Below are positions 1-9,863 of a stretch of 64,000 bases of DNA, piece by piece; position 1 is the stretch's first letter, and the number at the start of each line of letters is the position of its first letter. This DNA comes from Eubacteriales bacterium (GTDB lineage Bacteria > Bacillota > Clostridia > Oscillospirales > CAG-272): the NCBI GenBank assembly GCA_045540175.1, contig JAZQGU010000070.1:41412-105411 (forward strand), given 5' to 3'. The translations under genes and the position numbers were made by a program. The notes below the pieces were generated by a model, which did no database searches, was not told the DNA's origin, and saw only the letters and a program-made list of their open reading frames with translations.

Positions 1-872
1 TGTATTGTTGCCGTATCGCCGCTTATACGGTTTATGACCGCACCCGTTGACGTTTTATCGTAAAAGCGCATAGGAAGATACTGCGCCTTTTCGTACACTT
101 CGCATCTGAGGCGTGCGATTATCTTATTTCCCGAGACTCTCAAAAGATATCCGCGTATACCGCCGAACAAATGCTGAACCACATGAACGCATACCAAGGA
201 TACTACCACTACTGCAAGCATCTGGCGGTTTTTATCCGGAATTATATCGTCAACGAGGGTTTTCGTCAAAAGCGGCGGGACTAGCGCGAGAGCTGTTGTG
301 ATTACCGATATCACGACGGAGATCGTGAGAACTACCATCTCAGGACGGAGATATTTCCAAAGCTTTTTGAATACTCTGCCCTTGTCCATACAATGGATAC
401 AGGGGACGCCCGGTGCAGAAAGAGTTCTGCCGCATTTAGGACATACCGAAAGCAACTTATCATACACAGCCTGCATAATGGAAAGTGCTTCCTCGGTGCT
501 TTCACCGTCGCGTATATCCGTGACGTACTTCGCCGCAGCGTCGCAAAGAGCAGTTACGGTAAAGGTAAACCTGAACAGGTCGTGCGTTTTACCGTCCAAG
601 GTCTTGACACGCATCATTCCGTTTCCGTACATACGCTTACAGTATATACTGTCAACGTCGGAAAATGCAAAGCGCGCCGACTCTTCATTATTTCCGAAAT
701 CATAAGTGAATATCTCGGAATCGGTTGCAAGAAGCACGCAAGTGCTATACTTTGCCTGATTTGAAATTTCTCCCACGACTGCGAAACGGATCGGCTTTTC
801 TTCGGTTCCCAATGAACGAATGGTTTGAATCTGAGCTTCTGTTAATTTCTGGTTTATAAGCAAACTATCCAT
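1..872 (-). CDS. ABC exporter (fused permease/ATPase type), N-terminal part; the 3' end lies beyond the window start
   Basis: Absent from the ORF track because it runs off the left edge. My translation from ATG 872-870 gives MDSLLINQKLTEAQIQ...CPKCGRTLSAPGVPCIHCMDKGRVFKKLWKYLRPEM...LVPPLLTKTLVDDIIP...FYDKTSTGAVINRISGDTA. That is a ~170-aa soluble extension with a CxxC..CxxC zinc ribbon, followed by the first helices and the F(Y)D..StGxxxxRxxxD motif of a type-I ABC exporter membrane domain. Confidence 0.75.
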   Translation of the reverse strand, partial: MDSLLINQKLTEAQIQTIRSLGTEEKPIRFAVVGEISNQAKYSTCVLLATDSEIFTYDFGNNEESARFAFSDVDSIYCKRMYGNGMMRVKTLDGKTHDLFRFTFTVTALCDAAAKYVTDIRDGESTEEALSIMQAVYDKLLSVCPKCGRTLSAPGVPCIHCMDKGRVFKKLWKYLRPEMVVLTISVVISVITTALALVPPLLTKTLVDDIIPDKNRQMLAVVVVSLVCVHVVQHLFGGIRGYLLRVSGNKIIARLRCEVYEKAQYLPMRFYDKTSTGAVINRISGDTATI

Positions 873-983
873 CACATTTGGCCGCCTAAAATGGCGCTCT
901 CCTTTATTTGGTTAAGACATTTTACTACACATTAATCGGGTTGTCAATGTTTTTTTGAATATTTTTTAACATTATTTTTTTGC

Positions 984-1014
984 AAAAAAAGCGAGCCGTT
1001 TTGTGACGGCCCGC
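984..1014 (-). terminator. Intrinsic terminator after the EF-G-like gene
   Basis: Minus strand reads GCGGGCCGT-cacaaa-ACGGCTCGC (one mismatch) followed by TTTTTTT, just after the stop at 1022. Confidence 0.7.
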
Positions 1015-1021
1015 ATATTTT

Positions 1022-3079
1022 TTATTCCTCTGTTTTCGCTTCTGCGATGATCTTCTGAGCGATGTTTCCGGGAACCTCTTCGTAACGAACGAACTTGTAA
1101 GTAAAGCTTCCCTTGCCCTGCGACATAGCGCGGAGAACGATCGGGTAATCGGTCATTTCGGCCTGAGGAGCTTCTGCTTCAACGAGCTGATATCCCTTCT
1201 TTCCTGCGATATGGTCCATACCGAGAACGCGACCGCGGCGCTTATTAAGATCGCCTATAACGTCACCGACGAGAGATTCTGGAACTGTGATCTTAAGAGT
1301 TCCGACCGGCTCGAGAAGAACGGGGTTAGCGTTGATAAGCTCCTTATAAGCCAGGTTAGCCGCAAGCTTGAACGCCATTTCGGAAGAGTCGACGTCATGG
1401 TACGAGCCATCGTAAAGATCAGCGGCAAGACCTACCATCGGATAACCCGAAAGAACGCCCTTAGCCATTGCTTCGGTAAGTCCCTTTTCAACTGCGGGGA
1501 AATAGTTCTTCGGAACTGCTCCGCCGACTACGCTTTCGGTAAAGGTAAGGCCTTCCTCTTCACTCGGAGAGAAGGTTATACGAACGTGACCGTACTGTCC
1601 GTGTCCGCCCGACTGCTTCTTATGCTTTCCTTCTGCCTGGATGCGCTTCTTGATAGTCTCGCGGTATGCGAGCTTCGGCTTGCTGAGCTCAACGTCTACC
1701 TTGTTTCTATCCTTCAGCTTATTTACGATGATATCGAGGTGGATATCTCCGAGACCCGAGATAAGGAGCTGCTTCGTTTCAGCGTTGTTCTCAAAGAAGA
1801 TGGTCTTATCCTCGTCACGCAGACGCGCGATACCGGTTGCTATCTTATCTTCATCGCCCTTGCTCTTGGGAGCGATAGCCATAGTCATATATGCCTTCGG
1901 GAAGGTGATCGGCATATATGGCTTCATATCCATATTTGTAAGAGTATCGTTTGTTGCGGTATCGTTAAGCTTCTGGATCATACCGATATCGCCGCAGGAC
2001 AGCGATTCGACTTCCGTAGTCTTCTTTCCTCTTACCTCGTAGATGTGACCGAACTTTTCGGTAGCACCTGTACGGAGGTTTTTAAGGGACATAGTATTGT
2101 CGAGGTTACCCGACATTACCTTGAAGAAGGTCTGCTTACCGAAGGAATCGGCTACAGTCTTGAATACGAATATTGCGGGCTCGGTGCCTTCCTTATCGAT
2201 TGCAACGTCGTTACCCTCGTTATCGGTCTCGACCTTTTTAGCGGTATGGCGGGGATAGGATTCGTTGATAGTATCAAGAAGTGTCGCAACACCCCACATC
2301 TTTCCTGCAGATCCGCAGATAACGGGACATATCGAGCCATCAATAATTCCCTGATGGATCGCTTCTACAGCTTCCTCACGAGTGATCTCCTCGCCTGCGA
2401 AATACTTTTCCATAAGCTCGTCGCTCGTTTCGGCAATAGCTTCAAGAAGCATATCTCTATACGTGTCTACGTCGTTCTTGAATTCGTCCGGGATTACTCC
2501 TTCAGTGTACGAGCCGTCTTTACTGAATACACGGGTCTTAAGATCGATAAGATTAAGGAATCCCGTAACGGCACCGTTTTCAACCATCGGAATAAAGAGA
2601 GGACATATACGCTTGCCAAAGTGCTCACGAAGCTGATCGAACACCTTACGGAAACGGCACTCGGGATCGTCGAACTTATTTACGAATACGGATTTGGGAA
2701 GTCCTGCCTCGGTCGCATATTCCCATGCGAGCTCCGCGCCGACCTCTACTCCTGCCTTACCGTCAACCACGATAAGAGCTGCGTCTGCTACTCTTACTGC
2801 CTGTTTGACTTCGCCGACAAAATCGAGGTATCCGGGGGTATCGAGAAGATTTATCTTAACGTCCTTCCAAATTACAGGGGCAACTGCTGACTGAATCGAG
2901 AAGCCTCTCTTGATCTCTTCGGGATCAAAGTCACAGACAGTATTTCCGTCGGGAGTCTTTCCGAGACGGTCTGTTGCCTTCGAAAGATAAAGCATTGCCT
3001 CGGCAAGGGATGTTTTTCCTGAGCCGCCATGACCGAGAAGGCAGACATTGCGAATTTGTGCTGTTGTGAACTTGTTCAT
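1022..3079 (-). CDS. Elongation factor G paralog (EF-G2-like translational GTPase)
   Basis: 685 aa. G1 is GHGGSGKTS, G3 is DTPGYLDF and G4 is NKFD, and the EF-G domain order continues through a C-terminal EFG_IV/C-like region. G3 has Tyr where canonical EF-G has His. Confidence 0.85.
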   Translation of the reverse strand: MNKFTTAQIRNVCLLGHGGSGKTSLAEAMLYLSKATDRLGKTPDGNTVCDFDPEEIKRGFSIQSAVAPVIWKDVKINLLDTPGYLDFVGEVKQAVRVADAALIVVDGKAGVEVGAELAWEYATEAGLPKSVFVNKFDDPECRFRKVFDQLREHFGKRICPLFIPMVENGAVTGFLNLIDLKTRVFSKDGSYTEGVIPDEFKNDVDTYRDMLLEAIAETSDELMEKYFAGEEITREEAVEAIHQGIIDGSICPVICGSAGKMWGVATLLDTINESYPRHTAKKVETDNEGNDVAIDKEGTEPAIFVFKTVADSFGKQTFFKVMSGNLDNTMSLKNLRTGATEKFGHIYEVRGKKTTEVESLSCGDIGMIQKLNDTATNDTLTNMDMKPYMPITFPKAYMTMAIAPKSKGDEDKIATGIARLRDEDKTIFFENNAETKQLLISGLGDIHLDIIVNKLKDRNKVDVELSKPKLAYRETIKKRIQAEGKHKKQSGGHGQYGHVRITFSPSEEEGLTFTESVVGGAVPKNYFPAVEKGLTEAMAKGVLSGYPMVGLAADLYDGSYHDVDSSEMAFKLAANLAYKELINANPVLLEPVGTLKITVPESLVGDVIGDLNKRRGRVLGMDHIAGKKGYQLVEAEAPQAEMTDYPIVLRAMSQGKGSFTYKFVRYEEVPGNIAQKIIAEAKTEE

Positions 3080-3373
3080 AGGTTTAATTCTCCTTGTGTA
3101 TAATACATGATGTTTTTCGTCTGAAAAAGCATCACCTTTTCAATTATATAACACTTTTTGGCAATTTTCAATAGTTGGGGCGAAAAAAATGATGTGAGAA
3201 CATAAAAATAATAAAGCACAATTTGTGTATTTTTTACAATTATTGACGGTTTTGCTTTTTTTCGAACACTATTTTATGTATATTTTGATATCAAGAAACC
3301 GCGTTGCTGACTGAGAACGTCAATATTATATTGGACCGTTTCTTACGTATTTGATACATTATTCTTATTTCTA

Positions 3374-3402
3374 TTGACAAATTTTAAATATAAATTTATA
3401 AT
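3374..3402 (+). promoter_or_regulatory. Consensus sigma-A promoter for mscL copy 1
   Basis: TTGACA, a 17-nt spacer, then TATAAT, about 37 nt upstream of the ATG at 3439. Confidence 0.6.
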
Positions 3403-3438
3403 TAACTAAAATATATAATATGATTAAGAGGTATTCTC

Positions 3439-4068
3439 ATGAATCAGTACGTAGGAGAATTCAAGAAATTTATCAGCCGCGGTAACGTTGTTGACATGGC
3501 AGTCGGTGTTATTGTCGGTAGTGCATTTTCTGCTATAGTAACTGCTCTTTCAAACAACGTTTTAAAGCCCATCGTAAATTATCTTTTAGCTGAGATATTC
3601 GACGCTCAGTCACTTACAGAATTATATACTTTTTTGAAAAAGGCACACATAGACGTTGTCAATGACGAAGGAATAATAATCGGTCAGGAAGTTGACCTGG
3701 CACAATCTATTTATATCGATTGGGGCGCATTAATTAACGCTGTGCTCAGCTTCTTTTTAATTGCAATCGTTCTTTTTACCATTGTTAAGCTTATCAACAA
3801 ATTCCGCGAGGATCAAAAGGAATTTGCTCAGATAATTGCAAAAAACACCTTTGACTATAAAGAAAGAAAAGAGCTCCGTGCAAACGGAATCAAGCCGCGT
3901 GACAGAAAAAGAGCATTAGAGTATTTCAAGCAGAAAGAAATTAAAGCGGCAGAAGAAGCTGAGGCCGCGAAGCTTGAGGCAGAAGAACAGGCACGTATTG
4001 AACGTGAGCTTAACCCTACAAGCGAGGATCTTTTAAAGAAAATTCTTGAAGTATTGCAAAACAAATAA
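3439..4068 (+). CDS. mscL: Large-conductance mechanosensitive channel MscL, long form (209 aa)
   Basis: N-terminus EFKKFISRGNVVDMAVGVIVGSAF is the MscL signature. The C-terminal motif EDLLKKILEVLQNK resembles the E. coli LLTEIRDLLK bundle helix. There is an extra loop and a Glu/Lys/Ala-rich linker. Confidence 0.9.
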   Translation: MNQYVGEFKKFISRGNVVDMAVGVIVGSAFSAIVTALSNNVLKPIVNYLLAEIFDAQSLTELYTFLKKAHIDVVNDEGIIIGQEVDLAQSIYIDWGALINAVLSFFLIAIVLFTIVKLINKFREDQKEFAQIIAKNTFDYKERKELRANGIKPRDRKRALEYFKQKEIKAAEEAEAAKLEAEEQARIERELNPTSEDLLKKILEVLQNK

Positions 4069-4118
4069 TATTTCGAGTTAATCCGGACAAAATTACGATT
4101 ATCGAAAGAATATTAATA

Positions 4119-4154
4119 CCCCCGACGGATCTCAAATCCGTCGGGGGTATTTTC
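4119..4154. terminator. Bidirectional hairpin terminator between convergent genes
   Basis: CCCCCGACGGAT-ctcaa-ATCCGTCGGGGG, a 12-bp perfect stem with T-rich flanks. Confidence 0.8.
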
Positions 4155-4171
4155 GCAAAAGGAGATTTATA

Positions 4172-4882
4172 TCAAAAGAGTATGGAATTGTGATATTTCG
4201 TTTCGATATCGGAAACGAGAAGATGCGAGTCGTTAGAGAGCTGGAGAACCTTCGGAACGACGAAGCCGCTTCCAGAAAATTCAATGACCGTCATTCCCGA
4301 ATGACCCATATCAAAACGTGTTGCAAACTGAGAATACGGGATATCAAGAAGCGCGCTCAGGAATTCGAGCCCGAAGCCCTGGTGAGCAAAGAGAGCTACT
4401 CTGTCATCGTTTGGACGTTCTGCAACGTAGCCATTTCCCTGGTGACGGTAACCGAGAGAGAGCATAAATGCGTCCGTTTCAGTCTGCATTCTCGTCATTT
4501 CGTCCTTGAGCCAGGGCATTTTGTCGAAAAACGGGTGCTTGTACCACTCGCGGTCGAGCTTACGCACTGCATCCGAGACGAGAACGGGGCGTGATTCCGA
4601 GTGGCGGAAGATCCAATCGCGGCTTCCGTTGCTTCCCGTATAAAAAAGTGCTTTTGCCGAATAGCTTTCGTTACACCAGTCGAGGATCTCGATCTCTTTG
4701 CCGAGGGCTTTTGCCGTCGGTTCTGCCGTCATTATTGCGCGGTTTGAGCTTGACGCATATATTTTTCCGGGGTTACATATCTTCATTCGGCTTACAAGTG
4801 CTTCCGCCTGCTGTTTACCGAGCTCCGTCAGACTATCTGGGCTGTAAATCGGGTCGCCGTGGCGTACGTAAAACAGTAACAT
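4172..4882 (-). CDS. Histidine phosphatase family protein (phosphoglycerate-mutase-like)
   Basis: N-terminal LFYVRHGDP carries the RHG catalytic motif, and a second His motif (ALFAHQGF) follows. 236 aa. Confidence 0.75.
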   Translation of the reverse strand: MLLFYVRHGDPIYSPDSLTELGKQQAEALVSRMKICNPGKIYASSSNRAIMTAEPTAKALGKEIEILDWCNESYSAKALFYTGSNGSRDWIFRHSESRPVLVSDAVRKLDREWYKHPFFDKMPWLKDEMTRMQTETDAFMLSLGYRHQGNGYVAERPNDDRVALFAHQGFGLEFLSALLDIPYSQFATRFDMGHSGMTVIEFSGSGFVVPKVLQLSNDSHLLVSDIETKYHNSILF

Positions 4883-4965
4883 AATCGTTCTCCTATCCTT
4901 TTAACAGTAATTATACTCTTCGCAATAGATTTCAGTCGCTTTGTTTCCTAAGATAATGCTCGGGG

Positions 4966-4993
4966 ATAAAAAACGGGGTGCAACGCACCCCGT
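4966..4993 (-). terminator. Intrinsic terminator after tsf
   Basis: Minus strand reads ACGGGGTGCG-tt-GCACCCCGT followed by TTTTTTAT, immediately after the tsf stop (5000-5002). Confidence 0.8.
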
Positions 4994-4999
4994 CTGATA

Positions 5000-5920
5000 T
5001 TAGTTGTTAACGAGCTTTGCGATCTCGTCTGCGAAGTTCTCTTCTCTCTTCTGGATTCCTTCGCCCTTTTCGAAACGAACGAAGCCCTTGATAGAGATGT
5101 TTCCGCCGAGTGCCTTTGCGGTATTCTCAACGTACTTGCTGACCTTCTCGTGGTCGTCTGCCTTAACGTATTCCATGTCAACGAGGCAGTTGTTATCGTA
5201 GAACTTGCCGATCTTACCGTTGATGATTCCCTCGAGAACCTTCTCGGGCTTGCCAGCCATCTTGGGGTCGTTTGCGAGCTGAGCCTTGATAATATCTCTC
5301 TCGTTGTTAAGAACGTCTGCGGGAACGCAGGTTCTGTCGAGGTAAGGAGTAGGATATGCGCCTACCTGAAGAGCGATGTTCTTTGCGAACTCATCGAAGC
5401 CTTCCTTATCTGCACAGTCGGTCTCGAAGTTTACGATAACACCGATGGAGCCTGCACCGTGGATATAGGTGCTGGTTACACCCTCTACGAGCTCGAAACG
5501 GCGAACGGTGATCTTTTCACCGATCTGGAATATAAGCTCCTTAAGCTTTGCGTCAACGGTATTTCCCTCGTACTCGGAAGCGAGAAGAGCTTCTACGCTT
5601 GCGGGGTTAGTATCGATGATGCACTTAAGAAGGTTCTTAACGAAGGTCTTGAAGATCTCGTTCTTTGCAACGAAGTCTGTCTCGGTGTTTACCTCGATGA
5701 TAGCGGTCTTGTTGCCTTCCTTGAGGACGTCAACGATACCGTCAGCAGCGATTCTGGTAGCCATCTTGGACTCTGCCTTGAGCTCGCCCTTCTCACGAAG
5801 GATCTTTATTGCCTTTTCTACGTCGCCCTCAGCCTCAACGAGTGCCTTCTTGCACTCCATCATTCCGATACCGGTCTTAGCGCGGAGATCGGCAACGTCT
5901 TTAGCGGTTATATTAGCCAT
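5000..5920 (-). CDS. tsf: Translation elongation factor Ts
   Basis: MANITAKDVADLRAKTGIGMMECKKALVEAEGDVEKAIKILREKG is the canonical EF-Ts UBA-like N-terminus. The gene lies downstream of rpsB, as in most bacteria. Confidence 0.97.
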   Translation of the reverse strand: MANITAKDVADLRAKTGIGMMECKKALVEAEGDVEKAIKILREKGELKAESKMATRIAADGIVDVLKEGNKTAIIEVNTETDFVAKNEIFKTFVKNLLKCIIDTNPASVEALLASEYEGNTVDAKLKELIFQIGEKITVRRFELVEGVTSTYIHGAGSIGVIVNFETDCADKEGFDEFAKNIALQVGAYPTPYLDRTCVPADVLNNERDIIKAQLANDPKMAGKPEKVLEGIINGKIGKFYDNNCLVDMEYVKADDHEKVSKYVENTAKALGGNISIKGFVRFEKGEGIQKREENFADEIAKLVNN

Positions 5921-5960
5921 TTTGGTAATTCCTTTCTGAATGTTGATTTATGTTCGAGAA

Positions 5961-6704
5961 TTAAGCGTTCTCGGTTTCCTCGGTAGCTTCCTCAGCTGCC
6001 TCAACGGTAGCTTCGGTCTGCTCGCCCTGCTTACCTTCGATAACTGCGTCTGCAATTACAGAGGAGATGAGCTTGATTGCGCGGATAGCGTCGTCGTTAC
6101 CGGGGATAACGTAATCAGCGTCGTCGGGATCGCAGTTTGTATCGATGATTCCTACAACCGGAATACCGAGCTTCTTAGCTTCTGCTACTGCGTTCTTTTC
6201 TTTTCTGGGGTCTACGATAAATACTGCGGAGGGGAGACCTTCCATGTGCTTGATACCGCCGTAGGACTTCTCAAGGTCGGAAATTTCCTTCTGGAGAGCT
6301 GCAACTTCCTTCTTGGGAAGGAGGTCAAAGGTTCCGTCTTCCTGCATCTTGTTAAGAGCGTTAAGACGAGCGATAGACTTCTTGATAGTCTTGAAGTTAG
6401 TGAGCATACCGCCGGGCCAGCGCATATTTACATAATACTGTCCGCAACGAATTGCCTCTTCCTTGATTGCGTCAGCGGCCTGCTTCTTCGTACCTACGAA
6501 GAGAATGTTTCCGCCTTCGGTAGCTACATCACGAACGAACATATAAGCTTCGTCAAACTTCTTGACGGTCTTCTGAAGGTCGATGATATAGATTCCGTTT
6601 CTTTCTGTGAAGATGTACTCTGCCATCTTGGGGCACCATCTTCTGGTCTGATGTCCGAAATGGACGCCTGCTTCGAGCAGCTGTTTAATGGTTACTACTG
6701 ACAT
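5961..6704 (-). CDS. rpsB: 30S ribosomal protein S2
   Basis: [28 protein letters not shown] place the start at ATG 6704 (the track ORF begins 11 codons earlier), with an AAAGGAAG RBS upstream. Confidence 0.97.
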   Translation of the reverse strand: MSVVTIKQLLEAGVHFGHQTRRWCPKMAEYIFTERNGIYIIDLQKTVKKFDEAYMFVRDVATEGGNILFVGTKKQAADAIKEEAIRCGQYYVNMRWPGGMLTNFKTIKKSIARLNALNKMQEDGTFDLLPKKEVAALQKEISDLEKSYGGIKHMEGLPSAVFIVDPRKEKNAVAEAKKLGIPVVGIIDTNCDPDDADYVIPGNDDAIRAIKLISSVIADAVIEGKQGEQTEATVEAAEEATEETENA

Positions 6705-6927
6705 TTTATGTCTTCCTTTCTTCGGTTTTCCCACCACGGCTACACAGGTTATTCACCGAAGAGCGTGCCGTGTGTGTATTTTTTAACCAAACGACAGTAT
6801 AACATATATATTTACCAATTGCAAGCGGTTTTTCAGGATTTACAAATTATTTACAATTCAATTCTCTCTTGCTTTATTTTTCCTTATATGTTATAATATT
6901 TTCACTACTATTTTCGAGGTAAATTTT

Positions 6928-8238
6928 ATGAATAATTCTACTTCCGATCAGCTTTTGAGCTTCATTTCGAGCTCGACCTGCTCTTTTTTTGCCGTAAAGA
7001 CCGCGTCGGAGCTTCTAACCGCTAATGGCTACAAAAAGCTAAACGAAAATGAAAAATGGGAGCTTATCCCCGGCGGACGCTATTACGTTACGAGAAATCA
7101 GTCCGCAATCATTGCTTTCAATATTCCCGAAAGCACCTCTTCCCTTTCGTTTATGATCTCGGCGTCTCATTCCGACTCGCCCTGCTTCAAGATCAAGCAT
7201 AATCCTGAGACAGATGCTTCGGGCTACACGAAAATTAACGTTGAGGCGTACGGCGGAATGCTTCGTTCGACCTGGCTAGACCGTCCGCTTTCCGCAAGCG
7301 GCAGAGTCACTTTCGCCGATGGAAACAAGGTCGTAAGCAGGCTTATCGACCTTAAGAAGCCGTTATTCATGATACCTTCCGTCGCTATTCATATGAACAG
7401 AAGCGCGAACGAAAACGCGTCTTACAACCTCGCAAGCGATATGCAGCCGATAACAGGAACGTCGATCGCAAAGGGTTCGCTTATGAAGCTTATTTCCGAG
7501 AGCATCGGCATTGCCGAGAGCAACATTATCGGTCACGAGCTCTTCCTTTATCCGGTAGACAATGGCACCGTTTGGGGAGCAAATGATGAGTTTGTTTCTT
7601 CTCCCCGCCTTGACGATCTTCAGTGCGCCTACGCATCGCTTCGCGCTCTTACCGAGACAGAAGGCGGAAGCTCGGTTGCAGTTGCTTACGTTTCGGATAA
7701 CGAGGAGGTCGGCTCGGGTACTAAGCAGGGTGCCGATTCTACATTCCTTTACGATACTTTATCGCGCATCAACTCTTGCTTCGGCAACGATGAAAACGGA
7801 CTCAGACAGGCGCTTGCATCATCTTTCATGGTTTCGGCTGACAACGCGCATGCCGTTCATCCAAATCACCCCGAATATGCCGATGGAAGTCACCGCCCCG
7901 TAATGAACGGCGGTATCGTCATCAAGCATGCCGCGTCGCAAACCTACACGACCGATGCTGTTTCAAGCGCGATCTTCACCGCGCTCTGCAAAAAGGCAGA
8001 CGTTCCGCTTCAGCATTTTGTAAACCGCTCCGATATGCGCGGCGGCTCGACGCTCGGAAATATTTCCGGCACTCACGTTTCGATAAACACCGTTGATATA
8101 GGGCTTCCTCAGCTTGCTATGCATTCGTCATACGAGACAGCCGGTGTCAAGGATACCGATTACCTCATTTCCGCTTTGAAAATGCTCTTCGCTTCGTCTA
8201 TTAACATGACATGTGACGGAGAATACGAGGTAAAATAA
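6928..8238 (+). CDS. M18 family aminopeptidase (aspartyl aminopeptidase-like)
   Basis: 436 aa. SPCFKIKHNP, LDDLQCAYA, DNEEVGSGTKQGA and HSSYE blocks are typical of M18/DAP peptidases. Confidence 0.85.
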   Translation: MNNSTSDQLLSFISSSTCSFFAVKTASELLTANGYKKLNENEKWELIPGGRYYVTRNQSAIIAFNIPESTSSLSFMISASHSDSPCFKIKHNPETDASGYTKINVEAYGGMLRSTWLDRPLSASGRVTFADGNKVVSRLIDLKKPLFMIPSVAIHMNRSANENASYNLASDMQPITGTSIAKGSLMKLISESIGIAESNIIGHELFLYPVDNGTVWGANDEFVSSPRLDDLQCAYASLRALTETEGGSSVAVAYVSDNEEVGSGTKQGADSTFLYDTLSRINSCFGNDENGLRQALASSFMVSADNAHAVHPNHPEYADGSHRPVMNGGIVIKHAASQTYTTDAVSSAIFTALCKKADVPLQHFVNRSDMRGGSTLGNISGTHVSINTVDIGLPQLAMHSSYETAGVKDTDYLISALKMLFASSINMTCDGEYEVK

Positions 8239-8861
8239 TGACCGAGAAGGAAAAGATACATTCGCAGGATCTCTATTTCTGCGAATCTGAAGAAATAATG
8301 GCCGAGCAATGCGCTTGTCTTGAAAAGCAGTACGACTACAACGCTACGCGTCCGTCGGAATCGAAAAAGCGCGAAGCTCTTTTAAAGGAAATGTTTGCCG
8401 AGATCGGTGATGGCTGTTATATCGAACCGCCGCTTCACAGCAACTGGGGAGGTCATCACGTCCATTTCGGTAAGCACGTTTATGCTAATTTCAATCTGAC
8501 CCTTGTTGACGACACCCACATTTACGTCGGTGACAACACTATGCTCGGACCGAACGTGGTTATCGCAACCGCAGGCCACCCTATCGAGCCGTCTCTCCGT
8601 GAAAAAGCATATCAGTACAATATTCCCGTGAAAATCGGCAACAACTGCTGGCTCGGTGCGGGTGTAATCGTGCTTCCCGGCATCACGATAGGCGACAATA
8701 CCGTCGTCGGTGCAGGAAGCGTTGTCACAAAGGATCTTCCTCCAAACGTAGTCGCAGTAGGAAACCCCTGCCGAGTGCTCAGGCCTATAAGCGAAAGAGA
8801 CAAAGAATATTTTTTCAAGGACAAAAAGATAAACTGGGAAGGCATTGAAGAGTTCAAATAA
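8238..8861 (+). CDS. Sugar O-acetyltransferase (maltose/galactoside acetyltransferase family)
   Basis: Mac-type N-terminus, then hexapeptide repeats (IGNNCWLGAGVIVLPGITIGDNTVVGAGSVV...VGNPCRV). The start overlaps the upstream stop (ATAATG). Confidence 0.85.
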   Translation: MTEKEKIHSQDLYFCESEEIMAEQCACLEKQYDYNATRPSESKKREALLKEMFAEIGDGCYIEPPLHSNWGGHHVHFGKHVYANFNLTLVDDTHIYVGDNTMLGPNVVIATAGHPIEPSLREKAYQYNIPVKIGNNCWLGAGVIVLPGITIGDNTVVGAGSVVTKDLPPNVVAVGNPCRVLRPISERDKEYFFKDKKINWEGIEEFK

Positions 8862-8891
8862 CCTGCGTTACTAAAGAAACGGAGTATTCTT

Positions 8892-9854
8892 ATGGAAGAC
8901 AGAAAACCGATCAAGATTATTTTCGACACCGATCTCGGGGGCGACTGTGACGATGCAGGCGCCCTCGCAATGCTTCACAGACTTTGCGACAAAGGCGAAG
9001 CTGAGCTGCTTGCGGTTACTCATTGCTGTTCCTCTCCTTACCTTGCAGGCTGTATTGATGCCATAAACACTTTTTACGGCAGAAACGTTCCCATTGGAAT
9101 AAATTATGACCTGCCTATCAACGATCGTGGTAATCACGCAGGCGCTCTTTGCGATTCTTTCCCGAACAAGTATCCTGCCGCGGATTTCAATACCGACAAA
9201 GCTCCCCCGGACACATTGACGGTACTTCGCCGCACCTTGGCAAACGCTGAAGATAACAGTATAACACTTGTTGTGACAGGCGCGCTCTCATCTATGGCAA
9301 AGCTTGTTACGAGCGGTCCCGACGGTATTTCTCCCCTCACCGGTAAAGAGTTGATCGCAAAAAAGCTGAAACGCACTGTTGTAATGGGCGGACGCTTCTT
9401 TGAATCGTGGCCGATGACGATATATCCCGACGGAGACTCTTCGGGGGATCCCGTTACGTGGGAATGGAATATCAAAGGCAGCGGTTTGTGGGCAGCACAG
9501 ACTGCCTGCAACGAATGGACCGGTGAGCTTATTTTCGCAAGCTACGAGCTTGGTTCTTACATAAAGACTATGGTTGGTTATCCCTCCCGCGCACCCGACG
9601 GCGACCCCGTTGCCGAGGCATATCGGATCCATAACAACGGAATGGGACGATGCAGCTGGGATCATACCGCTATGCTTGAGGCGGTACGCCCCGGTGTATA
9701 TTGGAATTATCATGAATTCGGTAAGATTACCGTTGACGATGAATTCGTTACGCATTGGAGCAAAGCCGAAAACGGCAAACATTCTTACCTTCTTCCCAAG
9801 GTCGATTATGAGATCATCCGCCAAGTTATGGACGATCTTATTGACGGAAAATGA
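8892..9854 (+). CDS. Nucleoside hydrolase-like protein
   Basis: N-terminal IIFDTDLGGDCDDAGALAML resembles the DxDxxxDD metal-binding motif of inosine/uridine-preferring nucleoside hydrolases. The rest of the protein is divergent. Confidence 0.55.
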   Translation: MEDRKPIKIIFDTDLGGDCDDAGALAMLHRLCDKGEAELLAVTHCCSSPYLAGCIDAINTFYGRNVPIGINYDLPINDRGNHAGALCDSFPNKYPAADFNTDKAPPDTLTVLRRTLANAEDNSITLVVTGALSSMAKLVTSGPDGISPLTGKELIAKKLKRTVVMGGRFFESWPMTIYPDGDSSGDPVTWEWNIKGSGLWAAQTACNEWTGELIFASYELGSYIKTMVGYPSRAPDGDPVAEAYRIHNNGMGRCSWDHTAMLEAVRPGVYWNYHEFGKITVDDEFVTHWSKAENGKHSYLLPKVDYEIIRQVMDDLIDGK

Positions 9855-9863
9855 ATTTATACG

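Noticed and set aside
113-764. Plus-strand ORFs 113..301, 298..705 and 393..764 at the window start.
   Set aside because: The minus strand here encodes a clean ABC-exporter N-terminus (my translation from ATG 872). The plus-strand ORFs are antisense artefacts.
1211-2890. Very long antisense ORFs in the track. Examples: 1211..2890 +, 5150..5986 +, 5940..6701 +, 10050..11651 +, 12267..13547 +, 14815..16176 +, 18085..19167 -, 21056..21778 -, 25001..26140 +, 44883..45521 +, 54958..55797 -, 55912..56769 -.
   Set aside because: Each lies opposite a gene with an unmistakable conserved product (EF-G, tsf, rpsB, acyl-CoA ligase, aspS, LCP, the ABC binding protein, ispDF, glcK/mscL, guaB, ftsK). Their translations are low-complexity and rich in Cys, Arg and Leu with no motifs. 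They are shadow ORFs.
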